64,000 nucleotides of DNA from Patellaria atrata CBS 101060 (taxonomy: Eukaryota), in contig MU006097.1 in assembly GCA_010093705.1 (NCBI GenBank), positions 1,092,715-1,156,714 on the forward strand, written 5' to 3'. Shown piece by piece: positions 48,060-59,286 of this stretch. The notes below the pieces were generated by a model. That model did not search any database. It worked only from the letters and a program-made list of their open reading frames with translations, and had not been told where the DNA came from. Positions within the stretch are counted from its first letter, which is position 1. Every line of letters begins with the position of its first letter. Position numbers and translations under genes: made by a program.

Positions 48060-51000
48060 GTTCTTCCAAGCTGGAAACTCAACAACCTAAGGTCATCCTG
48101 TACCTCGATACACCAAATCACCCCTATCTCTAAACATTCCAACACAGTTCATTCATTTACGTTTTGTGTAATCATAGAGGACATGCGAGTTGAGCATTGA
48201 AGAGCAGTTTTGCTCACGTTGCTCTACATGTGCTTCGCATGATCTTCTCTTCGCATCTCGACGCCCTTGGCCCCACGGCTTTTATCCAAACTCGTCAGTA
48301 TACTTTTTCCCTTTGCCTCAACAGCCATGCAACCTCCTCTTTTCTCCACATCTACCGCTTGCCCTTACGCGATCTCTGTGTCATCAACCCCCCCAATAGT
48401 GCTCTTGTTGGATCGTATTTCTTTGCATTAGTCCCTTCCTAAAGTTCACCCGAAGCAAGTAAGAGGATTCTGTACTGTCAAAGCTCGGCATTGCTCTTGT
48501 TTCCAAGAGGACGGGAGGCTTGTCCACTCCAATAGTAAACACCTATTCTGGCCGTTCAGCTACAATCTTGCTCTTCGTCGTTGCACAACACCTATAGGGA
48601 AGCTGCGGCTAACTGAGTCGAGCAGTAGGTTAGGCAACCTCACAACGTCCGTGTTACTTCAACTTTACTTTCTCCCGTTACGGCAAGGGATTACTTGTCC
48701 CTGTTATTCTAGAGCTGAAGAACATATCCCGCTGTGCTGCGATAATGATTCAAATCCTTGTTGAGGTATTATTACCTCTAGACAAAGGCCGCGACAACCG
48801 TTTTTCGATAGGAACGCTGAAAACTATACAAAACTCAGGCGTCCTATTCTAGTGATATCTGTAGGGTGCACAGGCTACAGCTGCTTCTTTGTACCCCCCT
48901 TTTCCAAGACGCAAATTTCCCAATCAGGGAGCGATCACGATGCATAACACAATACATGACGACGATCACGCTGTAGATTTAACTCCAGTTCCAGAGCTCC
49001 CTCGGATATACGCTGACAGCCGTACGATACTTGAACTGACATGGAAAGAGTTCAGTCGCATCTATTTCAAGTTAGATGCCGGCTTCCGTGACAACACAGC
49101 GTAGCTGTCGAGTCATCGGCAAGATCGCCGTGGTCTTACCATAACTACTGACTATATTTCTGCTATCCGCCACACTGGTGGAAATATTCTTGAACTTGTC
49201 CCATACAACTACCCATGGTAATCTACAGCTGCTGTGTTATCGCTCCGGTTGAGATTCCCCGAACCTTGCTTGCAATATGAACCCCACGAGCCTCCAACAT
49301 TTACATTCCCTACCTCCCTATCATGTGGTTGATGTTATATTATAACCTTCCGCACGGGCCTCGTATGCTATTGCTGATGAAAGATCTCAAATTCAGTTCT
49401 CGTCTCGATATTGTCCTGCTCACGATAATTCCTGGGAAATATCCGTCTCGAACAAGGCGATAAAGGATTCATCGGAGCGCGCCTAGCGAGTGGCTGATAA
49501 ACTAAGCTTCTCTCACTTGAAACCACATGAAGCACTTCCACGAGAAAGTATCGTCCAAGCGAAGTGGACGACTGAGAGAATCCTCAGTTTTCTACGGTAA
49601 ACCAGCAACGCAAAGAGAGACGATGGATTGCGAAAGCGAAAGTATTGACGTTATCGCAACTCCTTCTAACGCAATTATCCCCACTGATATACGCCACAGG
49701 CCCCGTTATCATCCCCATCAGGAACAAACTCCTAAACCCCAACATAGCAGCTTAGACCACACCTCCCAAGGTCCCCAGGGTGGAGGAGCCCAGTCCCAGC
49801 ACGGGTCCTCATAGACGTAGGGAACCATGCACCCAAAAACCGGTCGCACGTGTGTGAAGAACGACGACGGTGCACGGCTTCACGCACCGCACTGGCTGCG
49901 GCATCAGCTGGGAAAAAGCAAAATAGCAAACATTCCACAGGTCCCCGCGCCCCCTCCACCTCTCGTCGCCGTCCTGCTATACTCTCACCTCAGACACCCC
50001 TTTCTCCCCTTTCCCCGCAAAATACAGGACGCACGGTCGGTGCGCCATGCATGTCTATCATGCACTGGGGCTGGCCGCATCGAGTCCTGGACCCCGCTCG
50101 TGGGTCGGGGAACGGGGAATATACGCGTAACAAAAGTTTAAAGACGAGGCGAGAGTCTCAAGAGCAATATCAACGCGTAATTAAGCTGCGGGTCAATGTG
50201 GGTCTGAGAATTTCAGCAAACCTTGATGTGAGGTGAGTGAAGATAGAGTGGAGCTGGTTTAGGCGTGACTTTGGCTGCATATATGTATGTATACCACGGG
50301 AGAAGTATTTACAGTACATGAACAAGGTACTCTTCTGTACAAATAACAAGAATCAACAAAAATACAATACTAATATTATTATCATAAGTGAGAGTTGGTA
50401 GTTCTAGTACTGCGGATAAAGCTACTTTTCCACCTTTAGCTGGAGTTTTAGCGGAAGAACCGAGAGCGAAGATAAGCTTAACGCAGCCTAGTCCCGTCCG
50501 CCCTACCGTTTCCCGTCACATCTAACAGTAAAATACCTTAAGCGACTGATAAATCGTCTGAGCCCCTAAAATGGATTTTTCGGCGGCAATTTCATCATTT
50601 ATTCAAATATTCCTGGGACGCTAACTGTAGGACTTTACAGTACCTTTTTCTGAAGTACACTAAGGCCATTCCTTCAGAGGCACGCCGCAGCGCCGCTGGG
50701 TTCCCACACTTCTATTAAGGGGACTTTAGTTCTAAATAACCTCGAAGTTGCTCAGGTATTCTTTCATCCCCGGTCCAATAGCGAGATCTGGAACCTGAAA
50801 TGCGCTCCATCGGTGGGGGCTCGTTGGTTGTGTTTTTTTTTGCGGTTGGGAGCTGCATATTTGTAGGTATGTAGGGAGGTGGGGATCCACAGATAGGCCA
50901 AACGCGGACACAGACAACATACATATTCCAAAGTCAATATTTTACTTTATTTGCCCGGAGTGTCTTTGTCTATGGAACCCTGCGTAAGGCTGTGGAGCAC

Positions 51001-51515
51001 ACATTTCTACTTATTTCGTTGAGTTTTCTGGGGGAGTTTGTGTGCAAGGGAAGTTGGTGGATGTGATAGATCACATTTTGATTTTTGGATTTTAATTCTA
51101 CAGCGCCACCGGGATTTTTACATTTGTTTTATCGGGGCATCACGAATCAGGGAGTTCCCCATCATTAATAGACGCATTACACGCACAAATGATATTGACC
51201 GGAAATTTCTGCTGTACGTGGTACTGTAGAAGCGTGGTATTATAATGATACCGTGACGGAAGATGTTGTGTAAAGTCTCTACTGACTAACTACCTTAACT
51301 CCATCAACCCTCCATCCCAGCACAGCTCCCCGATTTCGCCTCAACCTGCCGATAGAGTTATCGTATGAGGAGTCTCAGAGGGTGTGTCCTGGAACAGGTG
51401 GAGACCTGATGGCTGCTTAGCTGACAGTACATTACCCCTCGATTCCATCAGCCTCAAGCGCGTCGTCCTCATCGCTGCTGACCGGAATCGCGAAGGCGTC
51501 TCTGGTCGACGCTTC

Positions 51516-54227
51516 TCACTTCTTCGCCCGTCTGGTCGCCGGTTCCCCAAGCCGCCGTAACTTCAAGGCGTCCCACCATGCTTCCCTCCCCGTACCATCG
51601 AACCGCTTCGGACGCCTGAAGACGGGCCTCGGACCCTTCTCCTGGCGGTGCGGAGCCCCCTCAACTTTAGAGTTCGGCCTCTTGCGGGGTGCAGGCTGAG
51701 CGGTGTGGTAGCAGTCAGACATGCCGGTCGCGGCCGGGGTGTCTCCATCTGTAGCGGCTGCCGAGCGAGCCGAGTCGGTGACTGCCTGGGGCGCGAAAGT
51801 GGGGGATCTGGACCGGGATGTCGAGGTCCAGGTTGACGTGTTGCTTACCTGCGCTTCGAGCGAGGGTGCGAGAGCATGAGTCGTCGGAGCGTTACCAGGA
51901 TAGTGATAGGGCAGGGATGCCGACGGGAACTCGGTGCGATGGACTTCGGGCCGTGAGCTTCCCGTGTTTCCCGCTGAGGAGGCCGGATGAGGTGGAGTAG
52001 TGAGGATTAGGGGTGTGGATGGGGATGAAGATGACAGAGCCGCGGAACTTGTCTTTTGGGACAGCCCTACCGCGAGTGAGGAGAGATGGCGAGGCGGTGA
52101 GGGAGAGGATGCTGGAGATGGCGTTGTGGAGTCGGAGGTGGGAAAGACGAACGCCTTCCAGATATCATCTACTGATCGAGAGGGGGCTAAAGCGCGAGTC
52201 TGCAGGGTTGAGTAAGGCTTAGTTGATAAGGCCTGGATTTGCTGGAGTGACGCTGAGGGAGATTGCCGGGGTGCGGAGGAGCGTGCAGAAGGATTCGCTG
52301 ATTGTGGAGATGCGTATTCGGAGGGATCATCAGGGCCTTGCTGACACACGGCAGGATGACTGACGACGACTTTGACGGATGCAATGTCATGATTTGAGGG
52401 TTGTTGGATCGAGCCGTTCTCTGCTTTGTTGGAATAATTTTCCTGATATTCCTCATTTCGCGGTAAGTCAGCTTTATTCTGGTTATCATCAGTCTCTGTG
52501 GATGGATCCACATCGACGTCCAGTAGATTTTTCCAGTAGATATCGTCACCAAGCGGATCATGAGGCGCCTTTGAGATGTGAGTATCTTCCAAATTCTCAT
52601 CTATATCAGTTTGGGGTAAAATTTCAGCACCATTCTCCACTTTACCATCCTCTTCTTCTTTTTGAACCGAAGGAGAAGAACGAAAGATTAATCGAAAGGG
52701 GTGAACATTCCAATTATATCGATCCTCTACTCTGGTTGGTGTGTTTCGAACTCGCTTTTCATATTCTCCATCGCTATCCCCATCTTGACCTCCGTTCCCA
52801 TCTGCGTGTTCCTCCGTATAGCCCGCTGGCGAATGCTGTGCGGCATTGATTTGAAAGTCAACGTCTTCCTCGGATTCATCAGAGTCAACTTCGGATAAAA
52901 TCAAAAGAGCTTCTGAATTAGGTTCGACCCACTTCTCATGTTCTCTCCGAAGATTCTCCTCCTTGCTACCTGCACCGTCCTTGACTCTCTGAGTAGGCCG
53001 ACTATGATGTTCTGCTAAAGACCCATAAATCGAGGTGCTACTGAGAAGTTGTCGCAGACAGTCATCTTCTTCGCGCTTGCGGGGAGCTCCTTGCTGCTTG
53101 TATTCGGGTACCTGGATAACCGGCTGTTGCTTCTCATGGAACCCTTCCGTTTCCTCGGGTATGGGATGGATTTCTCCAGATCTGAGATTAAAAACCCTGT
53201 TAAACCTCTGCTGCTCCTCGTAAAGTGCTTCAGTTTTATAAGGTATAGGTGTAACAACTTCTGATCCGAGAGGAGGGATCTTGATGACCCGTTGTTGCAC
53301 CTCGTCAAACATCTCATTTTCCGCGTCAAGGAGCATTGAATCAGATGATTCCAACCCTCGCCTCCGATCCTTTTGCTGGTCCAGGACTATGTCCACACTC
53401 TGACGCACCGATGTCTGACTGTTCAGAGCTTCAGTCCCTATTCTGATGCGAATGTCATTTGTATCATTACGAAGATTCAAAGCTCCGCTCATAAAGGGAT
53501 CATCGTCTTGCGGCAAACCTTTGCGTAAGACGTCGCGTCTCAGCGGAGGCTCACCACTCATTCGGAAAGAATTGCGAGCTACCTTCCTCCTTTTGCCTAT
53601 ATTTTCCTCGTCCTTACCATTGCTGAAGCTCAATCGCAACGGGCGCGTCGGGGCAAGTCCAACCCAGTCACGTTGTTGAAGAAGTCGTTGACGACTCAAT
53701 TCCAGCTGTTGCCCACCACCAATTGAATCTTTATCATGAGTATCGTCGAGCTCACCCCTATCTTTCCGCTTTTCGCGATGTCCATGTATATGGCGACCCG
53801 GCTCGTCTCTGTTTTTCTTCCGAGATGAACCGTGATCTTCTGCGTGAAACGAAAAGTTTGATCTCTCTCTAGTGTGGAATTTTTTCTGTTTCTTACGACT
53901 ATCTTTCGAATCTGGGGATGATGTGCGGTGCTTCATTGAGCTAAGGCGTTTTGCTAACGGAGCCACATTTCCGTAATCCTCAAGTATACTCTGGCGCATC
54001 TTCGAATGCCCCACGTGTGTACGGGTTCCCTCACCAATCGGAAGGTTGACATTTATACTATCATCATTCCCGAGTAGAAATTCCGGCTTGAAAAGTATGT
54101 GACCTTGATTCATCGAGGTATCGTTTTGAAGCTTCGTTCGAACTTTGCTAAAGTACTGTTTCTGGCGAGCCACCACGGAATTGTTATTCTTCGCATGCCT
54201 CTGCAGTCTTCCACCCGTCCAATTCAT
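51516..54227 (-). CDS. Large, mostly disordered protein with a HEIP1/REDIC1 (C12orf40)-like N-terminal motif; putative meiotic crossover factor
   Basis: Intronless 903-aa ORF starting MNWTGGRLQRH...RQKQYFSKVR. This resembles the MxWxGG...RQKxYF N-terminus of plant HEIP1 and vertebrate C12orf40. The rest is low complexity. Confidence 0.7.
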   Translation of the reverse strand: MNWTGGRLQRHAKNNNSVVARQKQYFSKVRTKLQNDTSMNQGHILFKPEFLLGNDDSINVNLPIGEGTRTHVGHSKMRQSILEDYGNVAPLAKRLSSMKHRTSSPDSKDSRKKQKKFHTRERSNFSFHAEDHGSSRKKNRDEPGRHIHGHREKRKDRGELDDTHDKDSIGGGQQLELSRQRLLQQRDWVGLAPTRPLRLSFSNGKDEENIGKRRKVARNSFRMSGEPPLRRDVLRKGLPQDDDPFMSGALNLRNDTNDIRIRIGTEALNSQTSVRQSVDIVLDQQKDRRRGLESSDSMLLDAENEMFDEVQQRVIKIPPLGSEVVTPIPYKTEALYEEQQRFNRVFNLRSGEIHPIPEETEGFHEKQQPVIQVPEYKQQGAPRKREEDDCLRQLLSSTSIYGSLAEHHSRPTQRVKDGAGSKEENLRREHEKWVEPNSEALLILSEVDSDESEEDVDFQINAAQHSPAGYTEEHADGNGGQDGDSDGEYEKRVRNTPTRVEDRYNWNVHPFRLIFRSSPSVQKEEEDGKVENGAEILPQTDIDENLEDTHISKAPHDPLGDDIYWKNLLDVDVDPSTETDDNQNKADLPRNEEYQENYSNKAENGSIQQPSNHDIASVKVVVSHPAVCQQGPDDPSEYASPQSANPSARSSAPRQSPSASLQQIQALSTKPYSTLQTRALAPSRSVDDIWKAFVFPTSDSTTPSPASSPSPPRHLSSLAVGLSQKTSSAALSSSSPSTPLILTTPPHPASSAGNTGSSRPEVHRTEFPSASLPYHYPGNAPTTHALAPSLEAQVSNTSTWTSTSRSRSPTFAPQAVTDSARSAAATDGDTPAATGMSDCYHTAQPAPRKRPNSKVEGAPHRQEKGPRPVFRRPKRFDGTGREAWWDALKLRRLGEPATRRAKK

Positions 54228-54944
54228 CTGAGATGCTTTTGCTGATGGATGATTTGAAATTGAATGGTTATGCCTTCATTATTACGAGAAAAAAAGATCG
54301 AGATAGAGATGGTTTAAGTAAGCTCTAACAAGATCGCCCGAGGTCTCGTCTGATCTACTTTACCTTACCATCTTAAATCGATATGTATCGTAAGATAAAA
54401 TCGACATAATACCGTGTAAAACGCGTATATTTAATCCAATGTTTGTTTGGTTAGAGCGAATTCTTTTGCATACCTTCCATAGGTTACCATTTTCATATAT
54501 ACACTGCCTTAGATTATTACTTATCATTCTATACTTCACTCTAACCTGCTCATTGTGTAAACTAGAAGATGTGTCTGCATGATTTTGTTGATCCGTTTGG
54601 GACTCATAAAGCGCTGAAATGGGGATGGTCCTCTCACTGAGATGTTGGATAACGGTGACAGAATCTTGATGTGCTAAGGTAAGATAGATTCCAGGTTATC
54701 TTCTAGTGATTATTCGGATACACTATGTTCTTTACGACTGGAAACGGGATTTTGTGGATACGTGATGATGTTTGGAAAAAGGAAGTCGCGATAGAACTAC
54801 TTAGTGCGGAAATACTTCCGTTGATTTTAATGTCATAGCTCCCAACTTCTAACACTAATTGTCACCAAAAGTAACGTCCATCCTTCTTCATTCTGTTTCG
54901 AGCACACAACTCACTTTCTTCCTGGGCCTACCTTTTTTAACGAC

Positions 54945-56222
54945 ATGACAGCCAGAGGTGCTTCAAAATCGCGATCCCCCTCGAATTCTGCCCCGGATAT
55001 TCCTCGACTAGTCCCACGATCCCGTCCTAAGTCATCTCCTAGTCCCAAAGAGCCCGCTCCAGAAACTCCCCCTCTCCCTCCGCCACCAGCCCTGGAAGGT
55101 TGGAAGTTTGTTAGACCAAGTCGGAGAATCTTATCACAGCGCGATCACGACGTATTTATCTCATCACCCACTTACATACTCTTGACATCCTTTGTCTTCA
55201 CGCTTTGTGATTGCGTTCGCGACACTCCGATATCCTCAATCAAGCCCGCCGATCTCGACCCTGCCGTTACCGCGATTCTAAATGTATTAGACGAAGCAGA
55301 TGAGGTATTGAAACGATGTCCACCAGAAGATACTGGGGGATCACGTTTTGGTAACAAAGCATTTCGGGTGTTTCTTGAAAGAGTTGAGCAGGCTCAGGAG
55401 TCATGGCATCGAAAACTTTCCGTTACGGACTCTCAAGCCGTTCAAGAACTCTCTGCGTACCTACTCAACGCCTTCGGGAATGGTACTCGGATTGATTACG
55501 GCTCCGGTCATGAGCTGAACTTCATCCTTTGGCTCCTATGCTTAAACCGACTTTCTAAGCTGCCACAATCGACATTCCCGTCACTAGTTCTCTGTGTGTT
55601 CACTCGATATTTAAGATTAATGCGGTCCATACAGAGCACGTACTATCTGGAGCCGGCTGGTTCGCACGGTGTCTGGGGGCTCGATGATTACCAATTTTTA
55701 CCATTCCTTTTCGGTGCTGGCCAATTATATCATCATCCCTTCATTCGTCCAAAATCCATCCATCAGTCAATGGTCCTAGAAGAATATAGCAAAGATTACC
55801 TGTATTTAGATCAAGTGAGCTTTGTGAACAGTGTCAAGAACGTGGAAGGTTTACGCTGGCACAGTCCTATGCTCGATGACATCAGCGCATCGAAGAACTG
55901 GGCAAAGATTGAGGGTGGAATGAGAAAAATGTTTGTCAAGGAAGTTCTTGGCAAGCTGCCCGTTATGCAACATTTCCTTTTCGGTTCGCTAATCCCAGCT
56001 GTTGAGGGAATGAGCACCGAAGAACAAGCTGGAGTTGCCAATGAGGAGGAGGAGACCGAAGGTGGAGAAATTGTCGTTATGAAGGATGGTATGAAGCACG
56101 TGCATAACCCAAGCTCCTGGGGCGATTGTTGTGGCATCAAAGTTCCAAGTAGTGTTGGAGCAATGCAAGAAATGAGAAAAAGAATGGGCGTGGAAGGACT
56201 TAGACGAGTACCCTTTGACTAA
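54945..56222 (+). CDS. RRD2: PP2A phosphatase activator (PTPA family), Rrd2/Ypa2-type
   Basis: SRFGNKAFR, FGNGTRIDYGSGHELNF, YYLEPAGSHGVWGLDDYQFLPFLFG, WHSPMLDDIS, EVLGKLPVMQHFLFGS and WGDCCGIKVPS. Confidence 0.93.
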   Translation: MTARGASKSRSPSNSAPDIPRLVPRSRPKSSPSPKEPAPETPPLPPPPALEGWKFVRPSRRILSQRDHDVFISSPTYILLTSFVFTLCDCVRDTPISSIKPADLDPAVTAILNVLDEADEVLKRCPPEDTGGSRFGNKAFRVFLERVEQAQESWHRKLSVTDSQAVQELSAYLLNAFGNGTRIDYGSGHELNFILWLLCLNRLSKLPQSTFPSLVLCVFTRYLRLMRSIQSTYYLEPAGSHGVWGLDDYQFLPFLFGAGQLYHHPFIRPKSIHQSMVLEEYSKDYLYLDQVSFVNSVKNVEGLRWHSPMLDDISASKNWAKIEGGMRKMFVKEVLGKLPVMQHFLFGSLIPAVEGMSTEEQAGVANEEEETEGGEIVVMKDGMKHVHNPSSWGDCCGIKVPSSVGAMQEMRKRMGVEGLRRVPFD

Positions 56223-57660
56223 CAAAGGGGTTTATAAGAGATCACAAAACTGGTGCATTGCAGAAGGATTGATGAGCTTTCATCGTACTGTTGTATCTCG
56301 TCTATCATGTTAAATGAGCAAAGTGTTTAACATACTGTGGTACTAAACACCCTCGTACTGACTGTTTATAGGATCAACAAGTATCTCTATTACGGGCATC
56401 AGTGATCAGAATATGAACTGGAAGTGTGTGCTCGCCTCATAGATAGGGAAGCAGATTCCATTCTCGTCAGATTTTATCGGAGGCTGCAGTTTGTGAACTG
56501 AGACTTTGAGTTATGCACAGGATCAAGAAAAGTCTCTAGAAGGGGAATCTTGCGACACCTGCTATAGAAAACAATTAATAGTCGTACGGTCTAGTCCATT
56601 CTCCTAGCTTGTGATTATGACTCGATAGAGTCAATGATTCCATTTCCTATCAGCTCATAGTGCTCTTTTCATTCTAAGTCTGATTAAGCATGACATAGCC
56701 ATATCCTAATATCAGTCGAGCAATTTCCTTTCTTTTCCTTCAAATTACCGCTTAGTTCGTAACATGAAAGCTATTAACACCTTCCCCGTCGCGGTTGTAT
56801 TTCCTCGTCCCCTATACCCTTCAAAACACCTACTGGCGAATATTTGGCCCTGCAGGATCAACCAAACTTGATTGCCTATATCGTCCGATGCTATGTATGA
56901 TTGGGCATTGTTTGCATGGTTTCTACTTTGCTGTACTAAGGATCCGGGGCCCAAATGGAGAGCGAGCGTATAGGGAGCGAGGAAATCCACGACGGGAAAG
57001 AAATAGACTTAAGTTCATCTTCAAGCCCCATATCAACCCACATTTTGAGATTCTGTTACGTGCTACAGCGTCAAGAAAGATATTTCAAATAGAAATTCTC
57101 CCGGTTACACCATTAGCCTTTAATGACTGACTGATCACACCTCGCTCCTCTATTCATTCCAGTTGTCTCAAGAACACCCTATAGCTCCAAGTATCCAGTA
57201 ACTGGTGTTTTCGAGGATTGTAACCCTCTACTCAGGATTACCTGCAGTTCTGGCCGTAGCAACTCTCTTTCCTTCCTTAGAGATACATTAAGAATTTCAG
57301 GTCAAGTAGTCCATGGAAAATTCCCCAGATCTTTCTGAAGTGCGTCTACGAATAATCCAAATGCTTCCTGCTTGAAATTTGAAGCTCAATTGAAGAATTG
57401 AAAAATCCCGAAATCCTTGTAAGCTTTGGCGTGGGATATTTCTAGGGTTTGCCAATAATAAGACTACCGGGACAAACCCCTCCGCAAATGATCAGCTTTG
57501 CCAAAACAAGCAACCGCCCATCAAGGTCTCCACCAACCCGACCCGATCTAGGCGTGATAGCGGGGTCTAGTTGCCTCATATTAGTTTATTATATATCAAC
57601 AATTTCTTCTCACCTTTTTCCTTTCCTTCAGCAACACGTAGAGTCAATCGTCCTAGAATC

Positions 57661-59286
57661 ATGTCATTTGGTAATAAAGCTCGCCTCAGCTCAGGTGTAG
57701 AGATCCCGTGAGTTTGGTGAATCAATTTTGAATTCATTGCATTGCTCTGATATACTATCACAGTACCCTCGGGTTCGGCACATGGCAGAGTGAACCAGGT
57801 AAAGTTGGTGAAGCAGTTTATGAGGCTCTGAAGGCCGGATACCGCCATCTAGTAAGTAGTCTTAGGGCAAAGGTTCTTCAGTCGTTAGTACTCGATATCT
57901 CTAACTGCAATTTTACCAACAGGATCTTGCAAAGATGTAAGATATTCTAGCGTAGGCCACGAGATTCGTTACTAAGCGAAGATTATAGCTACGAAAACCA
58001 ACCTGAAGTAGCACAGGGTATCAAGAGAGCGTACAACGATTTTGGCCTCAAGAGAGAGGACCTGTTTATTGTGAGTAGCATCACACCGTACGGGATGTTT
58101 TACTAACCTTAAGATACAGACTTCCAAGCTATGGAACACGTATGGCTCACATCGATGTTGTTGAATGTCCGCATTTTTACTTGCTCTACAGACATCACCG
58201 CCCTGAAACCGTTGAGGGGGCATTAGAAGATACCCTAAAGGAGCTTGAACTTGACTACCTAGACGTAAGCTGGTTACTGATTGTTACGATATCCATCGAG
58301 TGCAGAGCTGATATCCAGCATAGCTCTACCTTATTCACTGGCCTGTAGCTTTTGTTCACAGTGACAACCTCTTCCCTTTAGAAGAAGGTGCAAACTTACC
58401 CGATGGAGACGTCGCGATTGACGATGACGTCTCGATTGTAGATACTTGGAAAGGTATATTTCTCGCAGAGTAATCTCTGAATACTTCATTCGTCTGTTAA
58501 CTAGGCCTCTTGTAGCAATGCTCAAACTTCCTAAAGAGAAAGCGCGAGCAGTCGGTGTATCCAACTTCTCCATTGAGCACGTAAGTTTCTAACACATCAA
58601 GGATTTAGTTATATGCATTGAGCGCTGATATTGAGTTCTTTAGATCGAGACTATCATCAATGCTACTGGAGTTGTACCCGTCGTGAACCAAGTAGAGCGT
58701 CATCCACGTCTTCCAATCCGCGAACTTTCAGCCTATGCCAAGGAGAAGAACATTCACATAACCGCCTATTCTGTGAGTAAACCCTATATCCTGGTGTTCC
58801 TAGAGATAAAGTATCCAACTTATGGGCCTTTAGGCATTCGGAAACAACTTCTTCGGACTTCCCCTCCTCGTGGACCACCCTGACATCAAGGCTGTTGCTG
58901 AACGCATCCAAGCAACTCCAGCGCAAGTCATGTAAGTCTTTGTCTCTTTGCTAAAACAGCTATAATAGAGAAATTAACACCTCTTAGTCTTGCATGGTCT
59001 CAACTAGACGGCAAGAGCGTGATCCCCAAATCTGTCACGCCATCCCGCATTCGTGAGAACTTTCAAGAAGTCAAACTCTCGGACGAGGATATAAAGGTTA
59101 TTGATGCCATTGGCAATGATCCGAAGCGGATGAACGTCCCTTACACTGCGAGTAAGTTTCTCGGTCTTTAATCCAGTTGTGAAGGAGTTCCTAAAATGAT
59201 CATTAGATAAGCCGCGCTGGGATGTGAACATCTTCAACGACCCGAGCGAGCAACCAGCGAAGCATCAGATCGTTTTGGGTACTTAG
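57661..59286 (+). CDS. NADPH-dependent aldo-keto reductase, GaaD/LarA/Gld1-type (L-glyceraldehyde/L-arabinose reductase), about 12 exons
   Basis: Spliced MSFGNKARLSSGVEIPTLGFGTWQSEPGKVGEAVYEALKAGYRHLDLAKIYENQ...DLFITSKLWNT...LYLIHWPVAF...AVGVSNF...VNQVERHP...SAFGNN...SVIPKSVTPSRIRENF...PRWDVNIF. This resembles A. niger GaaD as I recall it. Confidence 0.92.

Noticed and set aside
47858..48145. ORFs with PQPTTHN / VVGCGLW repeats
   Set aside because: Translation artefacts of the ACAACCC repeat.
48889..49814. Possible degraded gene relic in the long intergenic region
   Set aside because: Short protein-like stretches, but no recognisable domain or consistent frame.
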